The notes beneath the pieces were generated by a model. It did not search any database. It was not told the DNA's origin and worked only from the letters and a program-made list of their open reading frames with translations. Positions 18,987 to 29,362 of a DNA stretch of 64,000 nt are shown here, in pieces; positions within the stretch are counted from its first letter, which is position 1; each line of letters starts with the position of its first letter. The DNA lies in contig CAVQMQ010000008.1 of the NCBI GenBank assembly GCA_963713645.1, forward strand, positions 6,473 through 70,472, in the 5' to 3' direction. This DNA comes from an uncultured Acidobacteriaceae bacterium. Its GTDB lineage: Bacteria; Acidobacteriota; Terriglobia; Terriglobales; Acidobacteriaceae. The translations under genes were made by a program, and so were the position numbers.

Positions 18987-21477
18987 ATGTCTCAAAAGCC
19001 CACTCCCCCTTGCCGGCGTGCAGCTATTCGCCGGTTGACCGGGTACTTATCAGTACTCGCGGTACTCTTTCTAACTTATGCTGCTCCGCGCGCCTCCGCT
19101 CAGACCGCCTGCAGCGTTGTCTATACAATCAGCAGCCAATGGTCGGGCGGGTTTGGCGCCACGATCGCCATCAACAATACGGGAACCACCGCGATATCCA
19201 ATTGGACACTGACCTGGAGCTTTGCCAACGGGCAGACGGTCTCGGAACTGTGGAACGGTGTCGAGACCCAAAGCGGCGCAAACGTAACAGTAAAGAACGA
19301 GAGCTACAACGGCAGCATTCCCGCCGGAGGAAGTTATACCGGCATGGGATTCAACGGGACCTGGAACAATGTTACCAATGCAATTCCCACATCGTTTGCA
19401 ATCAACGGAGTTACCTGCGGCGGAACGACCAACGTGGGCAGTTTCACGCTGAAGCCTTCGGCGTCTACTTTGTCGATAGCGCAGGGCGCGAGCGGGACGG
19501 ATACGATTTCAGTAACTGATGTAAGTCCATTTACCGGCAGTGTAACTCTGGCTGCATCTGGATTACCTTCTGGTGTAACTGCTGCATTCGGGACTAACCC
19601 GACGACGGGCACCAGCGTGATAACATTCGCCGCAAGCTCGACGGCCGCTGCCGGAACATCGACAGTGACGATCTCCGGTGCCTCCGGCTCGCTGACAGCA
19701 TCCACCACGATAGCGCTGACGATAACTTCGACGGGGACAGGCGGCTTTACGCTGAAGCCTTCGGCGTCCACTTTGTCGATAGCGCAGGGCGCAAGTGGAA
19801 CGGACACAATTACTGTGACCGATGTAAGTCCGTTTGCGGGCAGCGTCACTCTGGCGGCGTCTGGATTGCCGTCGGGAGTTACTGCGGCGTTCGGCACCAA
19901 CCCGGCAGCCAGCACCAGCGTGGTTACATTTACCGTGAGGCTCGACGGCTGCGGCTGGAACTTCCACAATAACAATTAAGGGAACTTCTGGATCGTTGAC
20001 CGCGAGCACGACTATTTCGCTTACGGTAACTGCGATTACGGCAGCCAATGCCACCGTGACGGTGAATCCAGCCAGTACTGGCATTGCAGTGACCAATCAG
20101 CTTCTCGGCATGAACATGGCCGTTTGGAACGATGCGACTCTCGCGGACGCAGTGACCCCGTTCGAGACCGGCGGCATCAAGGCGGTGCGCTGGCCGGGCG
20201 GATCGACTGCCGACGTCTACCATTGGGAAGGCACCAGCAACAACCCTTCAAGCCCGAGTTTGTGCCCCGCCGGCAGTTTCAATTTTCCAAGCGACACATT
20301 TGCGGACTTTGTCAGCGAACTGGCGGTTCCGGCCGGCCTGGATATTGCGCTCACAGCGGCTTACGGCACCAATGCGGCCTGCAATGGGGGCGGCGTGCCA
20401 AGTGAGGCTGCCGCATGGGCGGCCAACGCATTGACTCTCGGCGTGACGGTGAGCCACATGACGGTAGGCAACGAAGTATACGGGCACTGGGAGACCGACA
20501 TGCATTCGGTGCAGTGGGATCCTCCAACATACGCCGCCGCTGTAGGAACTAGCACCAGCAACGGCTACTACGAGCAAATCAAAACGGCATCGCCGAAAAC
20601 GCTGGTGGGTGTCGCTGTCGATGCCGGAGCGCCTGCCGTGGACGATGTCACTGCCGGTTGGGATACGACAGTACTCGCGGACTCGCAATTTGACTTTGTC
20701 GAATACCACTACTATCCGCAGGGCCCGGGGGGTGAAAGCGACAGCTTCCTGGTGCAGCAGGCTGCTCAGGGTTTGACCACGAATATCAACATCATCAAGA
20801 GCGAACTGAGTTCTGCCGGGAAGGCGGCTACGCCCATTTACGTGGGCGAGATGGGCTCGGTATCTTCCAATCCTGGCAAACAGAGCTGGTCGATTACTCA
20901 GGGCTTGTTTGCAGGCCAGGTGCTGGGCGAAATGATGAACGACGGGGTATCGCGCGCAACCTGGTGGATTGGCTTCGGCAATTGCAACGGTACCGCCGGA
21001 AACGATAGTGCTTCGCTCTATGGATGGCAGGATTTCGGAGCCTACAATGTCTTCTCCGACGGATCTTTGGATTCTACCTGCCCGAACGCGGGTTCGCTCG
21101 GCACCCCGAATCCCACGGCGATCGCGTTTCAACTCTTTAGCCAGGTGCTTATCGATGGCGAGCATGTATTGACCCCGAGCGTCACCGGCGACACCACCGA
21201 TGTGGTTGCCTACGCGGCCACCAACAGCGGCGGCGAAGCGCTGGTCTTGTTCAACCGCAACGAAAATAGCAGCGAGACAGTGCAGGTTACAGTGAGCGGC
21301 AAGACAACTTCAACCGCCGTGACGGAAACGACCTATGACAAGGCGATCTACGACGAGTCGAACCCGGCCACAACCAACACCTGGGCTCCGCCGATTACCA
21401 CCAACCTCGGCGCGCCGGCGCTCCCGCTGACGTTAACCCTGGCTCCGTGGAGCATGAACGTGGTGATTATTCACTGA
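18987..21477 (+). pseudogene. secreted CBM2 + two Ser/Thr-rich beta repeats + clan GH-A glycoside hydrolase (GH44/GH51-like), split by a +1 frameshift near 19939
   Basis: CBM2 (CSVVY...QWSGGF...WTLTW...LWNG...GFNG...C); catalytic part RWPGGSTADVYHW, TVGNE, YVGEMG. Removing one G from GTGAGGCTC restores homology to the first repeat and joins the two ORFs (about 829 aa). May be a sequencing error. Confidence 0.85.
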
Positions 21478-21510
21478 GCATTTTCAGGGGTTCTGTAAGA
21501 TGGTTGCTCT

Positions 21511-21556
21511 CCCACCCTAGCGACAAAAACAAGTACGTCGCGAGGGTGGGGCACCC
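21511..21556. repeat. REP-like hairpin ending GGGCACCC
   Basis: CCCACCCTAGCGAC-AAAAACAAGTAC-GTCGCGAGGGTGGG-GCACCC. Confidence 0.8.
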
Positions 21557-21621
21557 AAAGCTTCTACGATCCGTGAAAATGCTATTGAGAGGTAAAGCGG
21601 CGTATTGCGTTGCGACGTTAT

Positions 21622-21663
21622 AAAAAATTGCCCCCAGGCTGCAATGGCCTGGGGGGATTTTTT
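21622..21663. terminator. bidirectional intrinsic terminator
   Basis: A-tract, CCCCCAGGC-N7-GCCTGGGGG stem, T-tract, between convergent genes. Confidence 0.8.
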
Positions 21664-21690
21664 GAGGAGCAAGTATTCTGATCTACAGCG

Positions 21691-22989
21691 CTATTGGCTT
21701 GGCGGCTTGGCGGAAGAGCTGTCCTTCGCCGCAGGAGCGGCGTCTGCGGGTTTGTCAGGCGGAGCAGGCGCGGCTGCTTTCTGTCTGCGGTCGGCGGCCT
21801 TCTGCAACTCTTCGTCCTGCTTTTCTTTTTCCGCGGCGGCCTGCGCGTCGGTCACATAGCGGAAGACCTGCAACCGTCCGGGAAATTGCTCGGTGGTGAA
21901 GACCCGGTTGTACTTGTCGATCGCTACACCCACCAGGGCTTTGAACTGGCCGGGCAACTCGCCGTGTCCCTGGCCGATATATGTGAGCAACTGGCCATCG
22001 CGGTTGAAGACCTGAAGGCGGTCTTCCATCTCGTCGGCCACCCAGATATGCCCGTCGCCATCAACAGCGATACCCTTGGGCCGCGCGAAGCATCCGGGGC
22101 CATCGCCATGCTTGCCGAAGAGGCTGATGAAGTTGCCGTCGGCATCGAAGATCTCGACGCGATTGTTCAGCGTGTCGGTCACGTAGACATTGCCGTCCTG
22201 ATCGAGAGCCACGCCCTGCGGCGCGCCGAAGTCGCCTGGGCTGGTAAGGAAGTGATTCTTGCCGCCGGTGCCGATGCGCCTGAGCAGCTTGAGTGTGTCC
22301 GCGTCGTAGACGATGACCTGGTCCTGCTGAGTATCTACGACGTAGAGAAAACGGTTGGCTGTATCTATGGCCAGGCCGACCGGGTCTTCGAGGCCCTCGG
22401 TGATCTGGCCTTCAACTTCATGTTTCTTGTTGAAGATCATCACACGGTGCATCTTGCCGTCAGAGACAAAGAGGCGGTCATCGTCATCGATGGCCAAACC
22501 GTTGATCCAGCCGAAGTGAGCCTCGTAGCCGTTACGAATCATCTGTACGTCACGTGTAACCGTGTTGAAGATGAAAACAGCGCCCACCTTTTGATCGGCC
22601 ACATAGACCAGGCCATTGGAGTCGATGGCAATGCCGTAGGGGCCGATAAGTTGGAAGGGAAAGGTCTTGGGATTAAATTTTTCAGCCTGCGATTGCCCGC
22701 CCGCCAGGCGGTCCATCCAGGTGGCCTTGGGTTTGTCGTTGGCTGCCGGGGTGTAATCGATCTTTGCGCCGGCATAGTAGTCGAGCCAGCGAACGCGGGC
22801 GATGTTGGGCGGGCTGGGCCAGACTAGCTTGGAGGGGTCAAAGGGGAATTTGCGCGGACCGACAGCGGGCGCAGGAGTGTCGGCCTTTTTCTTCGCTGCG
22901 CTGGCGGGAAAAGGAAGGGTGAGCGAGAGCAGCAGGAAGGCAGCGAGCAGCCTGGGAGCGCGAGGCGAATTCGTGAATAAGTAGTTCAT
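21691..22989 (-). CDS. secreted NHL-repeat beta-propeller protein
   Basis: Signal peptide, WPSPPNIARVRW leader, repeated PxGxAxD...YVxD...RV.IF units. Confidence 0.9.
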   Translation of the reverse strand: MNYLFTNSPRAPRLLAAFLLLSLTLPFPASAAKKKADTPAPAVGPRKFPFDPSKLVWPSPPNIARVRWLDYYAGAKIDYTPAANDKPKATWMDRLAGGQSQAEKFNPKTFPFQLIGPYGIAIDSNGLVYVADQKVGAVFIFNTVTRDVQMIRNGYEAHFGWINGLAIDDDDRLFVSDGKMHRVMIFNKKHEVEGQITEGLEDPVGLAIDTANRFLYVVDTQQDQVIVYDADTLKLLRRIGTGGKNHFLTSPGDFGAPQGVALDQDGNVYVTDTLNNRVEIFDADGNFISLFGKHGDGPGCFARPKGIAVDGDGHIWVADEMEDRLQVFNRDGQLLTYIGQGHGELPGQFKALVGVAIDKYNRVFTTEQFPGRLQVFRYVTDAQAAAEKEKQDEELQKAADRRQKAAAPAPPDKPADAAPAAKDSSSAKPPSQ

Positions 22990-23001
22990 CTCAAACTCCG
23001 T

Positions 23002-24496
23002 TTACTTCTCCGGGGAAGTTGTTTCTTTCATATTCAGGCGGTTCTTGTGGCAGTTGTCGCAGAAGGCCATGTTGTTTTCCTGGTCTTTTACCAACAGGTC
23101 AGCGTGCGATGAGGCATGCGCTTGATGGCAACTGAGGCAACTGAGCGGCGTCTTCACTTTTGTTTGATTCGTCGGGTCCATCACGTCCGAGACAGGATGG
23201 TACTCGACTGGGTGCCCGAGGCCAAAGCGCAAAGGCAGAATAGCCACCTTGTTCTTCTTGTAGTAATCGTCAGGAAGCTTGACCGTGCCGTTAAAGATCG
23301 TCAGCAGATGCTGGTCCGCGACAGGCTGCGGAGCCGAATCCGGTCCGTGGCACTCAAGGCAAAGCGCATTGCCCTTGGCGCGCAGCAGGTGATCGTTGTC
23401 GCCGCCATGCGGAGTGTGGCAAGTTGCGCAGCCTTGCGTAAAGGCGGGCTGATGGTGGAACGGCTTTTTGCCCAGGTCGCCGATGTCGGTGTGGCAGCCG
23501 GTGCAGATGCTCACCGGATCTGTCTTGGGCAGGCCGGGTTCGTTGCTGGCGTGCGGGCTGTGGCAATCGGTGCAGTCGCCTGCCGCGCCGGGGTGCGGCA
23601 CTTTCGCGGAGTCGATGAGCTTGGCTTTGTCGTCGTGGCAGGTAACGCAGAGTGCTTTCACGTCGGTCTGCGTCAGCACGACTTTTCCGTCTTTGGCCGG
23701 CGCGTGGCACATTTCGCAGCTCTTTGCCTCAAAGGGCACATGCTGAAACTTGGCCATCAGCTTGGGCGCGGCGGATTGATGCGGGTCGTGGCACTCCAGG
23801 CAGTTGGCCGTGGCGAAGGGCTGATTCTGATGGGCCTTGGCCAGCTCTGGATCTTTCGCATCGTGGCAATCGAGGCAGAGCGCGGGGGCGGCTTTGGTCA
23901 AATGGAAGCGGTTCTCAACTGTCGGCTCAGCGCCGGTTTTGTGGGTCAGGTGGCAGGCGTCGCAGCCTGCTTCGAGCGCTGCATGGCGGCTGCCCTTCTC
24001 CGGCACATTCAGCCCGGTCTTGTGGCAACTGAGGCAGAGGTTTTCTTTCTCACTGCCCGACATCGGCTTGAGCAACTGATTCTTGTTGTCGCTGACGTGG
24101 GGATCGTGGCAGGTGAGGCAGTCGCGCACCGCCGGCGGATGGACTGTGCCTTTGATGTCGGCGGCTTTTTTATCCGCGTGGCAACTGATGCAGAGCGATA
24201 CCGGCGTCGCGGTGATCAGCTTGACTCGGGTGACATCTTTATTGACGCGGACCTCATGGCAACCGAGGCAGCCGGCGGCCATCGCCGAGTGAACTGACTT
24301 GCCCTTGCTCTTGTCGTCGTGGCACTCCACGCATTTGGCGGCGTCGGTTCTTGGGGTCGAGCGGCACGGGATGAACGGCGGCCGAGGCGCGCGCGGCCAG
24401 CATCGCAAAGAAAATGGCCCAAAGAAAAATCCGCGGCGTGTGACAGCCGGACTTGGCGACCGTTCGGCACCACGCGCGATGAGGAACCAACTGCAT
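23002..24496 (-). CDS. 16-heme c-type cytochrome (paired-CxxCH type); N-terminus separated by a +1 frameshift near 24348
   Basis: 16 CxxCH counted. The signal peptide (IFLWAIFFAMLAARASA-AVHPVPLDPK) lies in another frame from ATG 24496 (GGAG RBS); deleting one base in AAGAACCGAC gives ...PK-TDAAKCVECH. Confidence 0.88.
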
Positions 24497-24514
24497 ACCG
24501 ACTCCGAAACAGGC

Positions 24515-24670
24515 TATAGCGGTTCTCCAATTGGTGTAGAGCGGAGTAGATGCTCTACAGTGGCTTTTTCCTTTCCGGGGTCCCCAGCGACAGGTCTTTG
24601 TCGCTGGGGTGGAAGTAAAAGCCACCCTGCACCATTTCAGCCACCCCACAAGAATTGGAGAACCGCTCAG
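24515..24670. mobile_element. MITE-like repeat, copy A (inverted), with a nested REP hairpin
   Basis: TATAGCGGTTCTCCAATT...AATTGGAGAACCGCTC. The hairpin CCCCAGCGACA-N6-TGTCGCTGGGG (24582-24609) sits in the loop of the central stem. Confidence 0.75.
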
Positions 24671-24766
24671 ATTGCGGGCAGGTTGCCGGCACACGCGGAC
24701 GGGTGCAAGCAACGGAAGAACAACAATTTCTCATGTGTATTAGAAATGGCGGAGGGAATCTGCGAC

Positions 24767-24782
24767 GGTGATTTATATCACA
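24767..24782. promoter_or_regulatory. CRP-type operator
   Basis: GGTGA-tttata-TCACA (9/10 match to TGTGA-N6-TCACA) in the divergent region between the 16-heme and tetraheme-B genes. Confidence 0.55.
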
Positions 24783-24967
24783 GTGCCGACCTTACCGGAG
24801 GGCGCTGTGGTGATCCCAACGCGGGAATCACCACAGCGCTGAACCAAAACGAAAGCGGCTGGAATTCTTAGGTAACGCCGACGCGTGCGGTTGCCAACGA
24901 AGAAGCAGAAACAGAAGCCGATCAGTTGAGGATGCAACCGACTCGCAGGTCAGGAGCGTTTTCCTCA

Positions 24968-25831
24968 ATGATTCGAATTATTTTGTTGGTCCTGCTGTTT
25001 CTTGCTACCGCAAGCTTCGCCCCGGCGCAGATCGTGTCGGCGACGACCGATGTGCTGGGCGCGCACCTGAACTATGGCCGGGGTTGCGCGGCCTGCCATG
25101 CTCCGCACAGCGGATCGGAAGGCAACGGCAACACAAAAAAAGCCGACTCCGCTTCCGGCAATTCTATGCTCTGGGGCGAGGATGTGAGCAGCCTCTACGG
25201 CAAGACCATCACTACAGGCGGAGGCAAATTTGTCGAGACGCTGCCCACCAGCATGTCGGCCACTACGCCGGATGTGAACGGAATGCTGACCTGCCTCAGT
25301 TGCCACGACGGCAACTATGCGTCGAGCGCGATGATGAAGAACCAGCTCTATGAGACGCTGCCCGCGAGTTACGGAACGCATAACACCGTGCCCACACTGC
25401 TGGGCAATAACAGCACCGGCGCTGGCAATTATCTCAACGAGCATCCAACAGGACTAAGCGCGGTGATCAAGTGCGGCGGCAACGGCTGGGATTGCTCACA
25501 GGCCAATGGCGTGGTGAGCATGAAGGGCGCGAACTCCAGCCAGTTTGTGGCTAACTACGGATTCTTTGTGCAGCCAGGGAGTTATAACAACAGCGCCGTG
25601 GTGGTTTGCACCACCTGCCACAATCCGCACACGATGAATGTGGTGACGGTAACTCACGGAACGAACTCCGGCCTGCCTGCGGGCAACTACGCGACGATGT
25701 TCTTTTTACGCGGCCCCTATAACCCGAAGGATACTAACTCGCAGTCAAACCAGACGGCGCAGTTCTGCCGCCAGTGCCACGGAGATTTGTCGAATGAGAT
25801 GAATGGCAGCACGGCGGGAACGGTGTTTTAG
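24968..25831 (+). CDS. secreted tetraheme cytochrome c, OmcE-like layout (paralog B)
   Basis: Signal peptide; GAH...CAACHAPH...LW...CLSCHDG...LNEHP...CTTCHNPH...FLR...CRQCH; CAGGAG RBS. Confidence 0.88.
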   Translation: MIRIILLVLLFLATASFAPAQIVSATTDVLGAHLNYGRGCAACHAPHSGSEGNGNTKKADSASGNSMLWGEDVSSLYGKTITTGGGKFVETLPTSMSATTPDVNGMLTCLSCHDGNYASSAMMKNQLYETLPASYGTHNTVPTLLGNNSTGAGNYLNEHPTGLSAVIKCGGNGWDCSQANGVVSMKGANSSQFVANYGFFVQPGSYNNSAVVVCTTCHNPHTMNVVTVTHGTNSGLPAGNYATMFFLRGPYNPKDTNSQSNQTAQFCRQCHGDLSNEMNGSTAGTVF

Positions 25832-26017
25832 TGCCCGGATATACTGATTGCGTTCGGCGGATATTAAAGAATGAAAAGCCTGGAGGGTTATGCTTTCTCA
25901 TGTCCAGAAATGCGAGGGGCATAGGATAGCCATTCTTTGTACTCGATTAGGCCTTTGACACTTGCCTCGATGTGGTATTCTATATTCGCCTGCTCTGGCG
26001 ACTCTGCGCGATCAACT

Positions 26018-26173
26018 ATGAATCATCACCGTATTCGTGCGCCTAAAAGGCGCACCAGAGCAGATTTCGTTCATATCCTCGTGCAAGTAAAGCTCTTCGC
26101 TCTTGAGCTTGCGGCGACGATTCTATTCGTTGTATGGGTTTATCGTGAGCTAATCCATGAACTCCGGCGCTGA
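26018..26173 (+). CDS. putative small membrane protein (51 aa)
   Basis: Basic N-terminus then FVHILVQVKLFALELAATILFVVWVY; TTGACA upstream (25955) and a GC hairpin with T-tract downstream. Confidence 0.4.
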   Translation: MNHHRIRAPKRRTRADFVHILVQVKLFALELAATILFVVWVYRELIHELRR

Positions 26174-26299
26174 GTTCTTCTATACGCAGGTGTTCGAGCT
26201 GGACAGGTGTTGGGCGCCCCGGGCCGAGACATTCGGACCTAGGGCACTGGGTATTGGTCTTCAGGCCCGGGCCTTTTTATCGCGGCAGCTGAATCGAAA

Positions 26300-26466
26300 G
26301 GCCCGCGGCTAAAGCAGGGTTGCTGGTGAGGCTGGATTCGGCGGCCTGAAGGCCGCTGCTCCCTCCGACTTTTTCATTATGCATTGATGGATGGTTAATT
26401 TCTTTAATCTGGAGCGCGGAGTTTGTGCTTTCCCATGTCCCCAAAAGCGAGGGACATGGGGCACCC
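26300..26466. repeat. REP-like hairpins
   Basis: GCGGCC-TGAA-GGCCGC near 26341 and TCCCATGTCCC-CAAAAGCGA-GGGACATGGG-GCACCC (26431-26466). Confidence 0.65.
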
Positions 26467-26533
26467 AGCTTCTATGAAAGATTGAGATGTGGTCCACCCG
26501 CCGGGGGTCTGATCGCCGCGCACCGCCTCGATT

Positions 26534-27052
26534 TCAATAGGCGGCAACGGCTTTCTTGACGATCGGCCGGAGCGTATCCAGGTCTGAGTAGGGGGAACTC
26601 ATAAATATAATGCCCTGGCCCTTTGTGAATACCACGAACAACCCCTGCACCCCTTCTTGGAAGTACGCGAACGCGTGGTCGCCGATTCCGCTTTCATCTC
26701 GGGTATGGAGTACCCTGGCGTCTTTCATGGCATGTGCCCGCATGCGTGTGAACGCTTGCTCCGGACTCTCGCCCTTTTCCGCCTGGACTAAGGAAATACT
26801 TAAGTACGCCGGCGGCTTGCCCTTTTCTGGCGCCATGCACATACAGGTGTACATCCTGGGCGTCAGAGTCGGCGGCTTGGAGGCCTTAAGCAGTACCATC
26901 AGATCGGCTGGCTGCACTAAGCCGCAGAGCTTCTTCGACGTTTCGGTCTCAAACTGCGCGCCAGCCGGACTCGCGCTCAGCAGCGCCGCCAGTATCATAT
27001 TCGCTGCGATCCAGCAGCGCCTGTCTTTATGCGAGTGCACTCGATTTTGCAT
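26534..27052 (-). CDS. secreted hypothetical protein (DUF3558-like cysteine pattern)
   Basis: Signal-like ILAALLSASPAGA-Q, LCGLV...TCMC, GIGDHAF. Confidence 0.55.
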   Translation of the reverse strand: MQNRVHSHKDRRCWIAANMILAALLSASPAGAQFETETSKKLCGLVQPADLMVLLKASKPPTLTPRMYTCMCMAPEKGKPPAYLSISLVQAEKGESPEQAFTRMRAHAMKDARVLHTRDESGIGDHAFAYFQEGVQGLFVVFTKGQGIIFMSSPYSDLDTLRPIVKKAVAAY

Positions 27053-27877
27053 CGGAGCTTCCATGGTTTTCACGCGCACCTCTGCGCAATGCAAGTTGCA
27101 TCGGATAGGAACTCGAAGATTATAGCATTTGGCAGGTGGGCGGGTCCCCGCAAGATCGCTTTGTGTAAGGACCGAAACCGTCGCACTCGGCGGCTATCCG
27201 TCGAGAAAAATGAAAGGCAGCGCCCTTCAAACGGACAGCGATCCTGCGACTGCACCTCCGCGCTCGCCGTCTGCAAGAACATCCTCTCTGCGTTATACCT
27301 CAGCGCCCTCAGTGTCTCTGCGTTTGATTTTTCCTAATCCGGCGTAGTCGGAACCAAAGGGGTTGTGGCTATGATGCGGTGTGGACATCGAACTGCTAAC
27401 GGAAGGCGAGTTTAGAATCGGACGCTCGAAAAACCCGTTCCCTGTCGTCAAGAGCTGTGCCCCCTCAGCTCCCCACGGGCTGACCTGCCTCCCACTGGTT
27501 GGAAATTTGGTAGCATTTTGGTAACAAATACCGCCGACTGGGCCGGTTTTGCAGGTTTATCCGTCTCATAAGTCTCATTAGGGTATAAATATACTTGACA
27601 AACCAATGGTGAGGGTTAAAGCGTGACACCGCTTGAAAACACGCTTACCTTTTGGTTCTGCAGCAAATAGGTTTGTCTACGCCGTAGAAATGAGCAAATT
27701 TATGAAGGAACTGCCGGAGCATGTGATAGCTCCACCTACGCACGCGGATGGTGAGTCAAGTATATATATGCCGTTCTAACGAACTGATTTTATTTATTCA
27801 TGCGGATTATGAATCAGTATCTTGTACAGTTCGACGGCGAGTTGTCCCACTCACGATCTTCAGATAGAAGCCGCCCC

Positions 27878-28020
27878 CTACTCCGTCCACGGATCGAGCA
27901 GCTTCACTGGAGTCCCTTGCACATCGCGGATATTCCGCGTAACCAGCGTCAGATCGTGCTGTACGGCGGTTGCTGCCAGCAGCGTGTCCACAAGAGGTCT
28001 TGGCCGCACCCCTGACCAAT
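27878..28020 (-). pseudogene. C-terminal remnant of a PIN-domain (VapC-like) toxin
   Basis: RPRPLVDTLLAATAVQHDLTLVTRNIRDVQGTPVKLLDPW is a PIN C-terminal motif; the N-terminal half is absent and a REP hairpin lies just upstream. Confidence 0.75.
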
Positions 28021-28060
28021 CTCCTATAGCCTGGCGTCGGGATCGGGAAACGTCTGTGGT

Positions 28061-28094
28061 TTCCCAGGTCCCAAAAAGCGGAACCTGGGAGACC
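28061..28094. repeat. REP-like hairpin
   Basis: TTCCCAGGTCC-CAAAAAGC-GGAACCTGGGA-GACC, same family as 26431 and 61798. Confidence 0.65.
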
Positions 28095-28107
28095 ATTTAT
28101 TCCGCGC

Positions 28108-29187
28108 TCAAAAATACGCGCAGGAATCGGTGTATGTTCCTCCGTTGGAGTAGGCGGCTGAGCTTAAGTCCCACTTCAGGCTGATGCCATCTCCCTTTCC
28201 TTCGACCGTTACCGAGACAGAAGCACTTCCAACGAAGGCCACGTCGCCATCTGTTTGAGCAATCGTCCGGCTTGTACTGCCCGTTGTTCCGGTAACGCCC
28301 TTATTGTCATGACCAAAGTGGTATCCAGGCCACCCACTTCCGCTGGAGGTATTGCTGAGAGCAAACGGCTGCGGCTTGCAACTGGTATCGCAGGTAATGC
28401 CGGCCTGCTGCTCCCCCAGACTCAAGGTCCACACGGTAATCCCGTAAATATCCTTACCGGTTGCGTCGTAATGAGCCCATGTATAAGTCAGGCCATAGTC
28501 CTTGGGGTGGCTCGCAAGACCGCATGTCCCCTTTGCTTCAGAGGTGGCGTCAGACGCAGGCTGCCGGGAGGTAGTGGCATTTGCGGGCTGGGTTAGATAT
28601 GTCACCCGCGGCCCCCATCCTTCCGCCTTCAGGCGAAGGCGGGTTTCGACCTTCGTCTGCAGGTAGTCCACGACCGGATCAAGCACCGCGCAGTGATCGA
28701 GTCCGGACCAGCAGAACTCCAGCGCTTCGTGGGAGCGCTGATCTCCGCCGATGGTTGCGCTTACCTGAAGGAGGCGATAGGAACCGTCTTCAAGAGGAAG
28801 CCCGAAGTCGGCGAACCTGTCTGCCTGATCTTCCATGTTGCGTTGCCCGTAGGCCGGATCTTCCGGCACGGCAAAACGGGGATTGCTGAGAATGGTTCCG
28901 GTCTGGTCGGCAAGGATGCGGTACTCGGGCACCGTGATCAACGTGTTAAAAGGCTTGCCTGCAAGGGCCGTCATGTCGCCGGACTCGAGCGTCTCTACGC
29001 TGAAGGAAATCGCTCCGGAGGTTGCAGTGGCGTACTCATTGTAGAGTCCTTCCGCATAATTGGCGACGAGCGGAGGTTGCGTGAAAGCGAGGGTTGGTTT
29101 CAGGGCTTGCTGCGTTCTGGCGATCGGCCCACTGGCCAAAAGTGAGACGAGCAGAATTCCGGTCACGTTCCAATTTGTGCTGTTCAT
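28108..29187 (-). CDS. secreted hypothetical protein (359 aa, 6 Cys)
   Basis: ATG with GAGAGG RBS, signal peptide, Gly/Ser/Thr-rich beta-type C-terminal half; no family recognised. Confidence 0.7.
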   Translation of the reverse strand: MNSTNWNVTGILLVSLLASGPIARTQQALKPTLAFTQPPLVANYAEGLYNEYATATSGAISFSVETLESGDMTALAGKPFNTLITVPEYRILADQTGTILSNPRFAVPEDPAYGQRNMEDQADRFADFGLPLEDGSYRLLQVSATIGGDQRSHEALEFCWSGLDHCAVLDPVVDYLQTKVETRLRLKAEGWGPRVTYLTQPANATTSRQPASDATSEAKGTCGLASHPKDYGLTYTWAHYDATGKDIYGITVWTLSLGEQQAGITCDTSCKPQPFALSNTSSGSGWPGYHFGHDNKGVTGTTGSTSRTIAQTDGDVAFVGSASVSVTVEGKGDGISLKWDLSSAAYSNGGTYTDSCAYF

Positions 29188-29245
29188 AGGAACCTCTCCA
29201 TTTTCGGATTGTGATGGTCACGGATTGTGGGTGGACGCGGATTAC

Positions 29246-29362
29246 TAGAGCGGTTCTCCAATTTCTGTGGAGTAGCTGAAATTGTGCAAGGTGACTTTTT
29301 CTTGAGTAAAAAGTCACTTGAGTACATCAATTCCGCTCTACACCAATTGGAAAACGGCTATA
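29246..29362. mobile_element. MITE-like repeat, copy C
   Basis: TAGAGCGGTTCTCCAATT...GTGACTTTTTC-TTGA-GTAAAAAGTCAC...TCCGCTCTACACCAATTGGAAAACGGCTATA. Confidence 0.75.
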
